Source of the DNA: a virus
Taxonomy: Duplodnaviria; Caudoviricetes
Direction: 5' to 3' (one strand)
Length of the DNA stretch: 64,000 nt
IMG/VR virus record: IMGVR_UViG_3300033066_002365
Span: 2,543 to 66,542 of that record
Position numbers and translations under genes: made by a program
Notes under the pieces: model-generated
The model's database searches: none
What the model saw: the letters and a program-made list of their open reading frames with translations, nothing else
Told to the model about the DNA's origin: nothing
In this document: in pieces, positions 17,815 through 27,423 of the stretch
How positions within the stretch are numbered: the stretch's first letter is position 1
How the letters are laid out: the number at the start of each line of letters is the position of its first letter

Positions 17815-18611
17815 GCTTGAACGATTAGTTCATCTGCTGGTCTGGAGATCCATAGTCCAAACTTATTTTTACCAGAGTTTTTGATGGCTTCTATTGTTGA
17901 TCTTCCTGGGAGACCGTCAGCAACAAGACCCAAAGATCTCTGACGATCTTTCCATGTTTTCAGATCTTCTTCTGCATCATAGTCAAAAGTTTCATAACCA
18001 GCGTTTCTCAAAGCCCAGAACAAGTGATCTCCTGGATCTCCTGCACCTCTGTTTGTTGTTTGGTTACGGTGTCCATAAATTCCTACAACATCAGTTCCGG
18101 CATCATCAGAAATTCTTTTTATGACTCCCCTCACTGGTTTATCATGCTTTTTATCCCATGGAATTTGTCTTTGAATTCCAAGTAAAGCTGTCAAGGCGTC
18201 AATAAAAAGAACTGCCTTTTCAATTTGACCTTCGTACAGATCTCCGGCATCAGTTTGAACCATTTCAAAACCGCAAGTAATTGGATTCACGCTTGTTGCT
18301 TGCCAAGAATAGTGAACAAGTGGATCATTTTGAATCAACCAGTCGCCGTTCATATCTTCGGTAAAATCCCATGAAACTTGACGATCGGTACTTGTCTGAT
18401 AGCGGGCTTGTCTCGTGTCAATATCTGTGTTTGGTCCAAAACCAGGAAGTAATTTTCCTTCTTTTCCATGAATCGTATGTGCGACAATTGCTCTCAACCA
18501 CTTTTGTCTTGAATTTTTATCAGTAATATACTTTATTGAAGGATCATCAAGCCAACAAGTTGTGTTAAGGCCGGGAACTTTCCACTTTACATTATTCAAA
18601 ATAATAGTCAT
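17811..18611 (-). CDS. N-acetylmuramoyl-L-alanine amidase (Amidase_2) endolysin with PG-binding repeat
   Basis: AIVAHT (Zn His), HYSWQA, GFEM (Glu), YGH and DPG (Zn ligands), RQRSLGLVADGLPG. Start placed at ATG 18611. Confidence 0.85.
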   Translation of the reverse strand: MTIILNNVKWKVPGLNTTCWLDDPSIKYITDKNSRQKWLRAIVAHTIHGKEGKLLPGFGPNTDIDTRQARYQTSTDRQVSWDFTEDMNGDWLIQNDPLVHYSWQATSVNPITCGFEMVQTDAGDLYEGQIEKAVLFIDALTALLGIQRQIPWDKKHDKPVRGVIKRISDDAGTDVVGIYGHRNQTTNRGAGDPGDHLFWALRNAGYETFDYDAEEDLKTWKDRQRSLGLVADGLPGRSTIEAIKNSGKNKFGLWISRPADELIVQA

Positions 18612-18630
18612 AATATCTTTAATTAGAAGT

Positions 18631-19224
18631 ATGGCAAAAAGTTCAAAGAAAAGAAAAATTCTTGGTGCTAATAAAAAAACCAAAAAGAAAAAAAGAGTGA
18701 GATATCATACTGGCATTCATGAAAGCGTAAAAATAACTAACGGCGGAAGGATGAAGTATCGTTCCGGCTGGGAGCAAGAAGTTGCAATTTTTCTTGACAA
18801 CAATGAAAAAGTTTTGTCGTATTATTACGAAGGATTAATCATCCCATATATTTCCAATATTAAAACTGGTAAGAAAAGGAATTACTTTCCTGATTTCCTG
18901 GTTAAACTATCTGATGGAACAGAACTCTTGATTGAAGTTAAAAGGGGAGATAAAGTCGCTTCTCCTATTGTGATTAAAAAAAGTCAAGCAGCAAGAGCTT
19001 GGTGTGACTATCAAGAAAGAGTCAATTCAAGAAAAATAACATTCGTACTATGGACAAATCAAATAATAGAACAAATAAAAAAAATAAACCTAACGAATCA
19101 ACAAAACAAGTTGAAGAACAAGTTGTGGCTAGTGAACAACAATCAACATCAGGAAATATTGGAACCAACATTACTACAGGATCGGGAACAAACAATTCAA
19201 GAATTGTTGCAGATCTTGGGTTAG
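18631..19224 (+). CDS. T4 gp4-like head completion nuclease (TnsA N-terminal PD-(D/E)XK fold)
   Basis: YRSGWE...FLDNN...YYYE...IPY...YFPDFLV...IEVK. Start placed at ATG 18631. Confidence 0.8.
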   Translation: MAKSSKKRKILGANKKTKKKKRVRYHTGIHESVKITNGGRMKYRSGWEQEVAIFLDNNEKVLSYYYEGLIIPYISNIKTGKKRNYFPDFLVKLSDGTELLIEVKRGDKVASPIVIKKSQAARAWCDYQERVNSRKITFVLWTNQIIEQIKKINLTNQQNKLKNKLWLVNNNQHQEILEPTLLQDREQTIQELLQILG

Positions 19225-19739
19225 ACATTTCAACTTCAGTAACAGCACTTTGTGTTCTTGGTGAGGATCATAAAATGCTGGAGCTCATTCCAATAAAACT
19301 TGCTACAAAGTTTGATAATCTTTGGGATAAGGCAAATGAAGTTAAAAGAGTTTTTCAAGAGTCGGTAGAACCAAAATATTTAATTAAAAGAATATTTGTT
19401 GAAGAAAACGCAAAAAGATTTTCTCAAGGTTTTACCAGTGCAGACACAATTCTAACCTTGGCAAAAATGAATGGAATTGTAAGCTATATTGCAAAATGCA
19501 TGTTTACTGGCTCACAAGTCTGCGATGTAAATGTTAGATCAGCAAGAGCAAAGCTTGGAATCAAGGTTTCAGGCAAAAATCAAAAAGATCAAGTATATGA
19601 ACATGTGCTAAAGAATCACCCAGACTTTCCATGGGCAACTCACATTGTTAAGGGCCAGATAGTTTACAATGCTTATAATAAAGATATGAGTGATGCTTAT
19701 GTTATTTGTAGAGCAGGACAAATAATTTTTTCTTCATAA
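19050..19739 (+). CDS. ruvC: RuvC-like Holliday junction resolvase
   Basis: LGLDISTS (Asp), IFVEE (Glu), ARAKLG, KDQV and DMSDAYVI give the RuvC acidic tetrad. Confidence 0.85.
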   Translation: MDKSNNRTNKKNKPNESTKQVEEQVVASEQQSTSGNIGTNITTGSGTNNSRIVADLGLDISTSVTALCVLGEDHKMLELIPIKLATKFDNLWDKANEVKRVFQESVEPKYLIKRIFVEENAKRFSQGFTSADTILTLAKMNGIVSYIAKCMFTGSQVCDVNVRSARAKLGIKVSGKNQKDQVYEHVLKNHPDFPWATHIVKGQIVYNAYNKDMSDAYVICRAGQIIFSS

Positions 19740-19747
19740 GGACAAAA

Positions 19748-20035
19748 ATGTTAAAACCGATTACAGAAAAAGAAAAACTAGAATATACCTTAGCAGTTCA
19801 AGCAGAAAAAGGAACTGATGAACTGTTAGCAGAACTCTTAGAACAAAAGTTTGATGGCTATGTTGATATTTGGCCAGTTGTGAAGAAATCAAAAAACAAA
19901 ATTGTTCTAGAGCTTTTAACAAAAAAGGTTCTTTCTGCAACTGACAAGATTTCAAATAAAAATGCAACAAGATGGCATGTTTCCCAAGCCAAGTATGGTG
20001 TGCGTTGCATCGGATCAATAACCGATAACAAGTAG
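19748..20035 (+). CDS. Hypothetical protein
   Basis: 95-aa ORF in the replication/recombination operon. Confidence 0.6.
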   Translation: MLKPITEKEKLEYTLAVQAEKGTDELLAELLEQKFDGYVDIWPVVKKSKNKIVLELLTKKVLSATDKISNKNATRWHVSQAKYGVRCIGSITDNK

Positions 20036-20050
20036 TCCAGAGTTCCTTGG

Positions 20051-21157
20051 ATGCACACTCAGGGTCAAACTATTGAATTTCTTGAAAAAGTTTTCAAGCA
20101 GTCAGGAAAGAAAAGCAATGGCGGATTAAACATTGCTTTTGTTTGTCCCTGGTGTAAAGAAAAAGATTCCTTTCTTGAAAAACAAAAACTTGTAATAAGA
20201 ACAGATAACTTTTTAACTCATTGTTGGGTTTGCGGTTACAAGTCAAGATCAATATTTCATGTTTTAAAAAACTTCTATCAAGATCATATTGATGAATTTT
20301 TTAACAGTTTTGCTGACGATGACTTTATAAATTCTTACAATAAAAACAATGAAGATGACAATGACAATAATTCTTTGTTTGAAAACAATTCTTTAAACAT
20401 AGAAAACATCAAAAATGTTATTAGTAATCCAGAGTTAGAACATTACAAAATTGTAACCGCAAACAATCCTCAAATAACAATTCCAGACAGTTTTAGAATG
20501 CTTGTTGATCTGATAGAATTTCCACATCTATCAAGTCAGACAAATGTTGCTTTGAGTTACTTGTACAAAAAAAGAAACATAACAAAAGAAGACCTCTGGT
20601 TTTTTAAAATAGGAATTGTTTTAAATCAACAAGACGTCAACTGGAAAGGCCGAGTTGTTTTTCCTTCTTTTGATTTGAATGGAAATTTAAATCACTTGGT
20701 TGGAAGATCATATATTTCAGGTATCAAAAAATATTATATTCCATCCATACCTAAAAAACCTATAATCTTCAATGAAATTAACATAGATTGGAAAAAAGAA
20801 CTCACCTTAGTTGAAGGAGTGTTTGATTTGGTGAAAATCAAAAACACAAATTCAACGTGTTTACTTGGATCAGAGATTGACAACAGTTATTTACTCTATC
20901 AAAAAATAGTTGAAAACAAAACTCCTGTTCTACTTGCTCTTGATCCAGACGTGTTTGTAAAACAAATAAAAATAGCAGAAAATCTTCTTGAAGAAGACAT
21001 TGAAGTAAAAATATGTGACCTTTCTAACGACCTTGGAAAAGATATTGGCTCAATGACTCAAGAAGAAATTGGTTGGTTCAAAGCCAACAAAACTTCTCAA
21101 ATTAGAAACAGAAATGATCTTTTGAGATTAAAACTCAGGATGAATTTTAAAAAATGA
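20051..21157 (+). CDS. dnaG: DNA primase (Zn finger plus TOPRIM)
   Basis: CPWC...HCWVC zinc finger, YLYKKR, GRVVFP, GRSY, LVEGVFD, LLGS, LALDPD and KDIG. Confidence 0.9.
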   Translation: MHTQGQTIEFLEKVFKQSGKKSNGGLNIAFVCPWCKEKDSFLEKQKLVIRTDNFLTHCWVCGYKSRSIFHVLKNFYQDHIDEFFNSFADDDFINSYNKNNEDDNDNNSLFENNSLNIENIKNVISNPELEHYKIVTANNPQITIPDSFRMLVDLIEFPHLSSQTNVALSYLYKKRNITKEDLWFFKIGIVLNQQDVNWKGRVVFPSFDLNGNLNHLVGRSYISGIKKYYIPSIPKKPIIFNEINIDWKKELTLVEGVFDLVKIKNTNSTCLLGSEIDNSYLLYQKIVENKTPVLLALDPDVFVKQIKIAENLLEEDIEVKICDLSNDLGKDIGSMTQEEIGWFKANKTSQIRNRNDLLRLKLRMNFKK

Positions 21158-24100
21158 AAATAGCACACATTTCAGACATACATTTCAGAGGAACACAGCG
21201 ACATGACGAATATGTTGCAGCTACAAAAAGACTTGTAAATCAACTTGAAAACGAAGACAAACCAGACATCATTGTTTGTACAGGAGATATCTGGCACACA
21301 AAAACCAACAACATAACTCCAGAAGGAATTGATGTGTTGGTTTGGTTTTTTAGAACACTGGCAAACGTTGCTCCACTGCACATGATTCTTGGAAACCATG
21401 ATGGTAATCTTGCAAATGAAACAAGACAAGACGTAATTTCTCCAATTGTTGAAGCAATGAATGATCCAAGGATAAAGCTCTACAAGAAAAGTGGAGTTTA
21501 TCAGGTAAGAACGAGTGACGACCCACTGGTGTTGAATCTTTGTGTAATGAGTTGTTTTGACAAAGAAAATTGGAATTTGGCGGAAGCTCCAAAGAGAAGT
21601 TCATTAAACGAAGTCACAGTTGCTCTTTACCACGGATCAATCACGGGATGTATAACAGATTCAGATTGGGTTATGTCTGAAGGAGAAGAGTCATTGGACA
21701 TCTTCAACTTATATGATTTTGCAATGTTGGGAGACATTCACAAAAGACAGTATTTAAGACAAAAATACTGTCCAGACACAGGAAAGATGGAAGCGGTTAT
21801 TGCCTATCCTGGCTCAATGATTCAACAAAACTTTGGGGAAGAAGAATCAAAAGGTTATTTGGTCTGGGACATAAGATCAGCAAACAACTGGAGTGTTGAT
21901 TACAAAGAAATTTATAACGCAACACCGTTCATCACTATTCCTTGGGTTGGTTCATTTACAGACACCATTGAAACTGTAAAGAAAATAAGAAATACAAACA
22001 CTCCTTTTCTTCCAGGTTCAAGAGTTAGAGTTGTTTCAGACGTAGAAATAACTCCACCAGAAATAAAGCAACTTCAATCTTTGAAACAAAAAATGCAACT
22101 AGCAGAAATTGCATTTAAAATTGATACATCAAGAGCAAAGAATAAAGTAGTTCAAACAAGTTCTGTTACTGTTACAAAGAACGGACTTAGAAATAACCAA
22201 GAAGCTCTTGGAGATTTGTTTAGAGAGTACATTAAAACTTATTCTTCTGGTAAAAACCAATACATTCTGGAAGATGAAGAAAAGTTAAAAGTTTGCGACT
22301 CGCTTATCAAGAAATACTTTGCAAAATTCAAAGAACTAAATGAAGAATCTGCCAAAGATGTTATCTGGTCTGTTGACTCTCTTGAGTTTTCAAACCTGTT
22401 TAGATATGGAGATAACAACAAGATCAACTTCAAGAGTTTGAATGGTTTGGTTGGAATATTTGGACCAAACAAAATAGGAAAGAGCTCGTTGCCAGGGGCT
22501 TTGATGTATGGTTTGTTTAATACTACAAGCAATGAAGTTGGTAAGGCCGTTGGACATCTTATCAACAGAAGAAAAACAAGTGCTTCAGCCAAAGTAAACA
22601 TAAACATTGGAGGAAATCACTACCAGATCAACAGAAGTGTTTCTCTGAAATCTGCTGGAAAAGCTGAATCTGAATCATCTTCCGACGAAGACATGGCAAC
22701 TGTTACTTCTCTATCTTTGAACAAAATTGAAGAAGATGGCTCTTTGATTCCTATGGGAAACCAAAATGACATCACAAGAAACGACACAGACAAACTAATA
22801 AGAAACCTTATTGGAACTCCTGGAGATTTTCGTCTTTCTGCTTATTCATCTCAGGACAATGTCGGTAGATTTGTACAACAAGGAGCAACGCAAAGAAAAG
22901 CAATTCTTAACAGATTTCTTGATCTGGATATATTTGGTCAGTTGTTTGATTTTGCAAATGCAGATAAAGCAGAACTTGCCACAAAAACAAAAACAGGGTC
23001 CACACAAGTTGACTGGAAAGAGTTAATAACGAAATGCGAACTTGGCATCAAACACGCCAATGAAAGCATAGAGCAACTAAACCAAAAAGAATATGACCTT
23101 CGTTCCGAAATGGCAGACCTACAAGTTTGGATTGGAAAAAATGAAGTTTCTCTTGATGCTACCGAATACACAAAATTGGCAGAGAAAAAAATCAAGATTC
23201 AAAATGATCTTGACAAAGCAAAATTATCCAAACAAAAACTACAACAAAAATTTGAAGATCTTTCCTTTGAAAAACAAACACTTCGTTTTAGTTTGAATGA
23301 ACTTCAAGACAAAGTGAAAGATGTTAAACAACAACTTAAAAATATTTCCAACGTTGAAGAACTTGAAAGAAGTTTGTCTGAGCTAATTTCACTGAGAGAA
23401 ACTCTTAAAAACTCTGTAAATGAAATATCAAAAGAAACTTCTGTTCTTGATTCCCAAAAGAAGAACGTTAAAAAACTTGAGACAATCCCTTGCGGAGATC
23501 AATTTCCAACATGTAGATTTGTCAAAGACAGTCACGAAGACAAGTTGAAAATTGCAGACCAACAAGCGCAAGTAACAAATTTGACAAAACAGAAAGAAAT
23601 TTTAGAAACTAGGATTGGTGAACTTTCTGCCTTGAATGTTGAAGGGATGATGAAAAAAAAGACTCAGCTTGAAAATGAGTTGTTTGAACTTGAGAATAGA
23701 AAAATGCAAAATGTTTTGAACTCTCAAGAAAAAAACAAAAATCAGCTTGAGAGTAATATTTCTGATTTAACTTCTCTTGAAGAAAAAGAGAAAGAACTTG
23801 CTGAAACTTTTGAGTTTGTTCTTTCAGAACTGGCAAAGTTTGATTCTGATTCAATTGAAGCAAATAAAAAAATATTGCAAGCAAACAAAGACAGATTGAC
23901 AAACATCGCAAAAGAAATTTCAATTCTCTCTTCAAGAGTTGCTTGCCTTTATACAGATCTTGGTGAATATTCAGCTAAGATTAAACAGTACACAAAAGAG
24001 AAGAAAGAAACTGAAGACAACATTGAAAAGATAAAAATTCTTGAAGCAGTTATGGAAGCTTTTGGAAAAAATGGCATTCCTGCCATGATTCTAAAAACTC

Positions 24101-24516
24101 AACTTCCAATCATCAATGAAGAACTTGCTAAGATATTGGCTCCTGTTTCAAACTTTAAAGTTACTTTAAAAACTGAAGTTAGCTCCAATGCTCTTGACGT
24201 GTACATTGAGGATGAAGGTTCAAGAAGAATCTTGGAATTGGGTTCTGGAATGGAAACAATGATAGCAGGACTGGCCATAAGAGTTGCTCTGTTGAACGTG
24301 AGTTCAATCCCACATCCAGATTTCTTAATCATTGATGAAGGTTTGTCGGTTCTTGACCAGGACAATATGCCAAAATGCTTACAACTCTTGCAAGGTCTTA
24401 AATCATACTTTAAAACAATATTGATTGTCAGTCACATTCCTGCTGTTCAAGAGATTGTAGACTCTGTCTTGGAAATCACAAATAATGGCTTTGAATCAAA
24501 GATTAACTTTGAATAA
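21154..24516 (+). CDS. Fused SbcD-SbcC (Mre11-Rad50; T4 gp47-gp46-like) nuclease-ATPase
   Basis: N-terminus: HISDIH, GDIWH, GNHD, YHG, GDIH, YPGS. C-terminus: GPNKIGKS (Walker A), SQD Q-loop, long coiled coil with CGDQFPTC, LGSGME signature, IIDEG, VSH. One uninterrupted 1120-aa frame. Confidence 0.93.
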   Translation: MKIAHISDIHFRGTQRHDEYVAATKRLVNQLENEDKPDIIVCTGDIWHTKTNNITPEGIDVLVWFFRTLANVAPLHMILGNHDGNLANETRQDVISPIVEAMNDPRIKLYKKSGVYQVRTSDDPLVLNLCVMSCFDKENWNLAEAPKRSSLNEVTVALYHGSITGCITDSDWVMSEGEESLDIFNLYDFAMLGDIHKRQYLRQKYCPDTGKMEAVIAYPGSMIQQNFGEEESKGYLVWDIRSANNWSVDYKEIYNATPFITIPWVGSFTDTIETVKKIRNTNTPFLPGSRVRVVSDVEITPPEIKQLQSLKQKMQLAEIAFKIDTSRAKNKVVQTSSVTVTKNGLRNNQEALGDLFREYIKTYSSGKNQYILEDEEKLKVCDSLIKKYFAKFKELNEESAKDVIWSVDSLEFSNLFRYGDNNKINFKSLNGLVGIFGPNKIGKSSLPGALMYGLFNTTSNEVGKAVGHLINRRKTSASAKVNINIGGNHYQINRSVSLKSAGKAESESSSDEDMATVTSLSLNKIEEDGSLIPMGNQNDITRNDTDKLIRNLIGTPGDFRLSAYSSQDNVGRFVQQGATQRKAILNRFLDLDIFGQLFDFANADKAELATKTKTGSTQVDWKELITKCELGIKHANESIEQLNQKEYDLRSEMADLQVWIGKNEVSLDATEYTKLAEKKIKIQNDLDKAKLSKQKLQQKFEDLSFEKQTLRFSLNELQDKVKDVKQQLKNISNVEELERSLSELISLRETLKNSVNEISKETSVLDSQKKNVKKLETIPCGDQFPTCRFVKDSHEDKLKIADQQAQVTNLTKQKEILETRIGELSALNVEGMMKKKTQLENELFELENRKMQNVLNSQEKNKNQLESNISDLTSLEEKEKELAETFEFVLSELAKFDSDSIEANKKILQANKDRLTNIAKEISILSSRVACLYTDLGEYSAKIKQYTKEKKETEDNIEKIKILEAVMEAFGKNGIPAMILKTQLPIINEELAKILAPVSNFKVTLKTEVSSNALDVYIEDEGSRRILELGSGMETMIAGLAIRVALLNVSSIPHPDFLIIDEGLSVLDQDNMPKCLQLLQGLKSYFKTILIVSHIPAVQEIVDSVLEITNNGFESKINFE

Positions 24517-24590
24517 TCCCATAACAGAACTTGTATTGTTGGTTTGCCCCGAAGATGGGGAGTGAGTAAACAATCTAACCCAAAGACCAA

Positions 24591-24893
24591 ATGAAGAAGA
24601 AACTAGAAAATATGACAAATTCAACTCTGAGCTTTTCCACCGTACCAAATCGTGAACTCTTGGCAAATGTGGAAGAGTTCGTTCAGACAGTTGAAACGTT
24701 GTCAATACTGGACAATCCACGCAACCAAGCAACCGCCGTTGCGGCATTTCAAAGATTGTCGCCAATGTTAACCCATAACGAATATCGCACAGTTACTTCG
24801 GCGTTCTCATCTGTTGTGCAGGATCCAGAAACGATTGACGTTTTCTACCTCGCAGTTGAGGATATTCAAGACAGAGCAAGAAACGGTTCTTAA
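24591..24893 (+). CDS. Hypothetical protein
   Basis: 100-aa ORF, co-oriented with the operon. Confidence 0.55.
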   Translation: MKKKLENMTNSTLSFSTVPNRELLANVEEFVQTVETLSILDNPRNQATAVAAFQRLSPMLTHNEYRTVTSAFSSVVQDPETIDVFYLAVEDIQDRARNGS

Positions 24894-24941
24894 ACAACAA
24901 ATATTATCCTTAGTTCCCTGTAGAGATGAAACTACAGGGAA

Positions 24942-25274
24942 ATGACAACATTACCTTATCTCTTTATTGATCATAACAAAAAAAACGGGAAGATCTTGCA
25001 GTCCACAAACGAGACGGATTTGCAAGATCTTCCCGTTCCTATTTTCTGCCCCATGTGTTCTTTTGCCATGTCTTCCGTAGAAGATATCTTAACTTTTAAA
25101 TCTGCAAAAAACATAAATCTGGCTGTGTGTGAACAGTGCGATCTGCATTGGTGCCACGGATTAAACAGACAAAAAGTAGAACAAGGACTGCTTCCCAAGA
25201 GCTTTGAAAACAAAAAATGGGAAGAATACATGAAAATGAGAGTCAATAAAAAAACTCCATTCATCTTTTGTTGA
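24942..25274 (+). CDS. Small zinc-finger protein
   Basis: CPMC...CEQC; a TTCCCTGTAG/CTACAGGGAA hairpin lies immediately 5' of the ATG. Confidence 0.6.
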   Translation: MTTLPYLFIDHNKKNGKILQSTNETDLQDLPVPIFCPMCSFAMSSVEDILTFKSAKNINLAVCEQCDLHWCHGLNRQKVEQGLLPKSFENKKWEEYMKMRVNKKTPFIFC

Positions 25275-25711
25275 TATTTAACAAAAACATGGACAATCCA
25301 TCATCATCAGTTAAATTTCTTGCCTCAGTTGTTCAAAAGACCTTCGGCAACTCTTCACACATCCACAACAACCAATACATTTCTTTTCGGACAGATGATA
25401 AAAACCAAACTATAAAAGTTCTTGTGAACAGCTTGGTTTCTGTCAATATGAAAGAAAATCTCTCTGAAACAATGAAGAAATTCAGAGAAGAAGCATTAGA
25501 AATTCTTGCTAAAAATTTAAAAAAACTTCAAGAATCTTACAAAGAACAACGCGAACTCTGTTTGGATTCTGAAGTGAAAAAGAGTGTTTCTTTCAAGGTT
25601 GATCAAAAGTCAATACTTGAAGACATGGAATACACACAGACAACCATGCACAGTCATCTTAAAAAAGGTATCTACAAGATGAATTTGCTTGTAGAAGTCA
25701 GTTTTAAATAG
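25268..25711 (+). CDS. Hypothetical protein upstream of the terminase
   Basis: 147-aa ORF. Confidence 0.6.
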   Translation: MLIFNKNMDNPSSSVKFLASVVQKTFGNSSHIHNNQYISFRTDDKNQTIKVLVNSLVSVNMKENLSETMKKFREEALEILAKNLKKLQESYKEQRELCLDSEVKKSVSFKVDQKSILEDMEYTQTTMHSHLKKGIYKMNLLVEVSFK

Positions 25712-25735
25712 ATCTATAATTAGACATGATATTTC

Positions 25736-27406
25736 ATGTCAAAAGTTATAAAAACTAAACAAGAACAAATTGAAGAAATCAGAAAATGTGCCAGGGAGCC
25801 AATTTATTTTATTAAAAACTACCTGGAAATTCAACATCCAGTAAAAGGGCGTCTTCCTTTTAATCTTTATCCTTTTCAGGAAGAGGTTATTAATAATCTC
25901 TGCGACCACCGATACAACATTGTTCTCAAATCAAGACAGTTAGGACTTTCAACTGTAATGTCTGCGTATTGTCTTTGGTTGGCCGTCTTCTTCCGAGACA
26001 AAAATGTTCTATTAATTGCTGACAACTTTCGTGGTAGTAAAAACATGTTAGCCAAAATCAAGGTTGCATGGAGAGCTCTACCAAAATGGATGTTGTCTGT
26101 TTTAGAGATAACCGATCTTTCAGTAGACTCTTCTACCGTTCTTGGTTTTGCTAATGGTTCTAAAATTGAAGCATTTCCAACAACAGAAGACACGGCAAGA
26201 GGTCAGGCCGCAAGTTTAGTTGTTGTAGACGAAGCTGCAATTAACAAAAAACTTGAAGAAGGCTGGAAATCAATCTACTCTACAACTTCAACCGGAGGAG
26301 ACATCATTGTGTTCTCAACTCCAAGAGGAGCGAACGGTCTTTTTTATGAACTATGGCAAAATGCCAAGAAAAAAGAAAATTCTTTTAACACCCTTGAACT
26401 TCCATGGTATGTACATCCAGAACACGACCAAAAATGGTTTGAAGCAGAAACAAAAAACATGGACAAGAAGCAAATCGCACAAGAAATGTTGTGCGACTTT
26501 ACAACTTCTGGAAACACTTTTTTTGATTCTGGAGCTATTGAAGAATTAAGACAAGGATGTTCAAATCCAATTGCTTATGATGGACCTTCAGAAAGCAAAA
26601 TGACAGACCTCTGGATATGGAAGTTTCCAGAATCCGGTCATGATTATCTTCTCACAGCAGACGTAGCTCGTGGAGACGCAGACGACTACAGTGCCTTTCA
26701 CGTAATAGACATGACAACCTGGGAACAAGTAGCAGAGTTTTGTGGAAAAATAGCAACAGATCGTTATGCTGACTACATGGTAAAAATTGGTTATCAGTAC
26801 AACACAGCATTTATTGTTCAAGAAAAAAACGCAGTTGGCATCGCAACTGCCATTAAACTTCGTGACTTAAAATATCCGTTTCTTTACTGGGAAAAAGCAA
26901 CTCCTGAAGAGATGGAATACATGACTGATGAAGAAAAACAAGACATGGTTCCAGGCTTTACAACCAAGACAGGAAATCAACCAGGAAACAGAGATGCGAT
27001 ATTGGCAGCCTTAGAAGAAATCGTAAGAAACAAAAAACTAAAGTTTAACTCACTAAGATTTATAGAGCAAATGACCAAGTTTAACTGGAATGGAAAACGT
27101 GGACAGGCTGCTCGCGGAAATTCCGACGATCTTATTATGGCTTTAGCAATTGGTTGTTTTTTAAGACCACCACAAGGCTATAGCAATCTAAAAACTTCAA
27201 ACGGAGAACTTAGTGACTGGCACAAAGCGTTTCTCGCCACGGTCGGGAAACATCCAAACAACACTAATCTCAACCAGAGACAAGCCCAAGGTTTGAGCGA
27301 GATGCAGCGTGCTCAAAAACAGACTGGTTTTCCCGCTGGAGTTAACAAGGATAATGTGCAGTTTAGCAGAATGGTAGATAGGATGTTCGGGTGGGTGCGA
27401 GACTAA
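25736..27406 (+). CDS. terL: Terminase large subunit (T4 gp17-like)
   Basis: HPVKG..PFNLYPFQ, LKSRQLGLST, VVDEAA, STPRG, ADVARG, EKN, DDLIMALAI. Confidence 0.95.
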   Translation: MSKVIKTKQEQIEEIRKCAREPIYFIKNYLEIQHPVKGRLPFNLYPFQEEVINNLCDHRYNIVLKSRQLGLSTVMSAYCLWLAVFFRDKNVLLIADNFRGSKNMLAKIKVAWRALPKWMLSVLEITDLSVDSSTVLGFANGSKIEAFPTTEDTARGQAASLVVVDEAAINKKLEEGWKSIYSTTSTGGDIIVFSTPRGANGLFYELWQNAKKKENSFNTLELPWYVHPEHDQKWFEAETKNMDKKQIAQEMLCDFTTSGNTFFDSGAIEELRQGCSNPIAYDGPSESKMTDLWIWKFPESGHDYLLTADVARGDADDYSAFHVIDMTTWEQVAEFCGKIATDRYADYMVKIGYQYNTAFIVQEKNAVGIATAIKLRDLKYPFLYWEKATPEEMEYMTDEEKQDMVPGFTTKTGNQPGNRDAILAALEEIVRNKKLKFNSLRFIEQMTKFNWNGKRGQAARGNSDDLIMALAIGCFLRPPQGYSNLKTSNGELSDWHKAFLATVGKHPNNTNLNQRQAQGLSEMQRAQKQTGFPAGVNKDNVQFSRMVDRMFGWVRD

Positions 27407-27409
27407 GAG

Positions 27410-27423
27410 AAAAGTGCAGTTTA
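27410..27423 (-). repeat. Copy 1 of the TAAACTGCACTTT near-palindromic element
   Basis: Minus strand reads TAAACTGCACTTTT (its TAA is the stop of 27421-27876), then CTCTTAGTCTCGCACCCACCC. Confidence 0.7.

Noticed and set aside
18631-19224. Tn7-like transposon (TnsA)
   Set aside because: No TnsB or TnsC and no terminal repeats; the motifs and context fit the T4 gp4-like head-completion nuclease.
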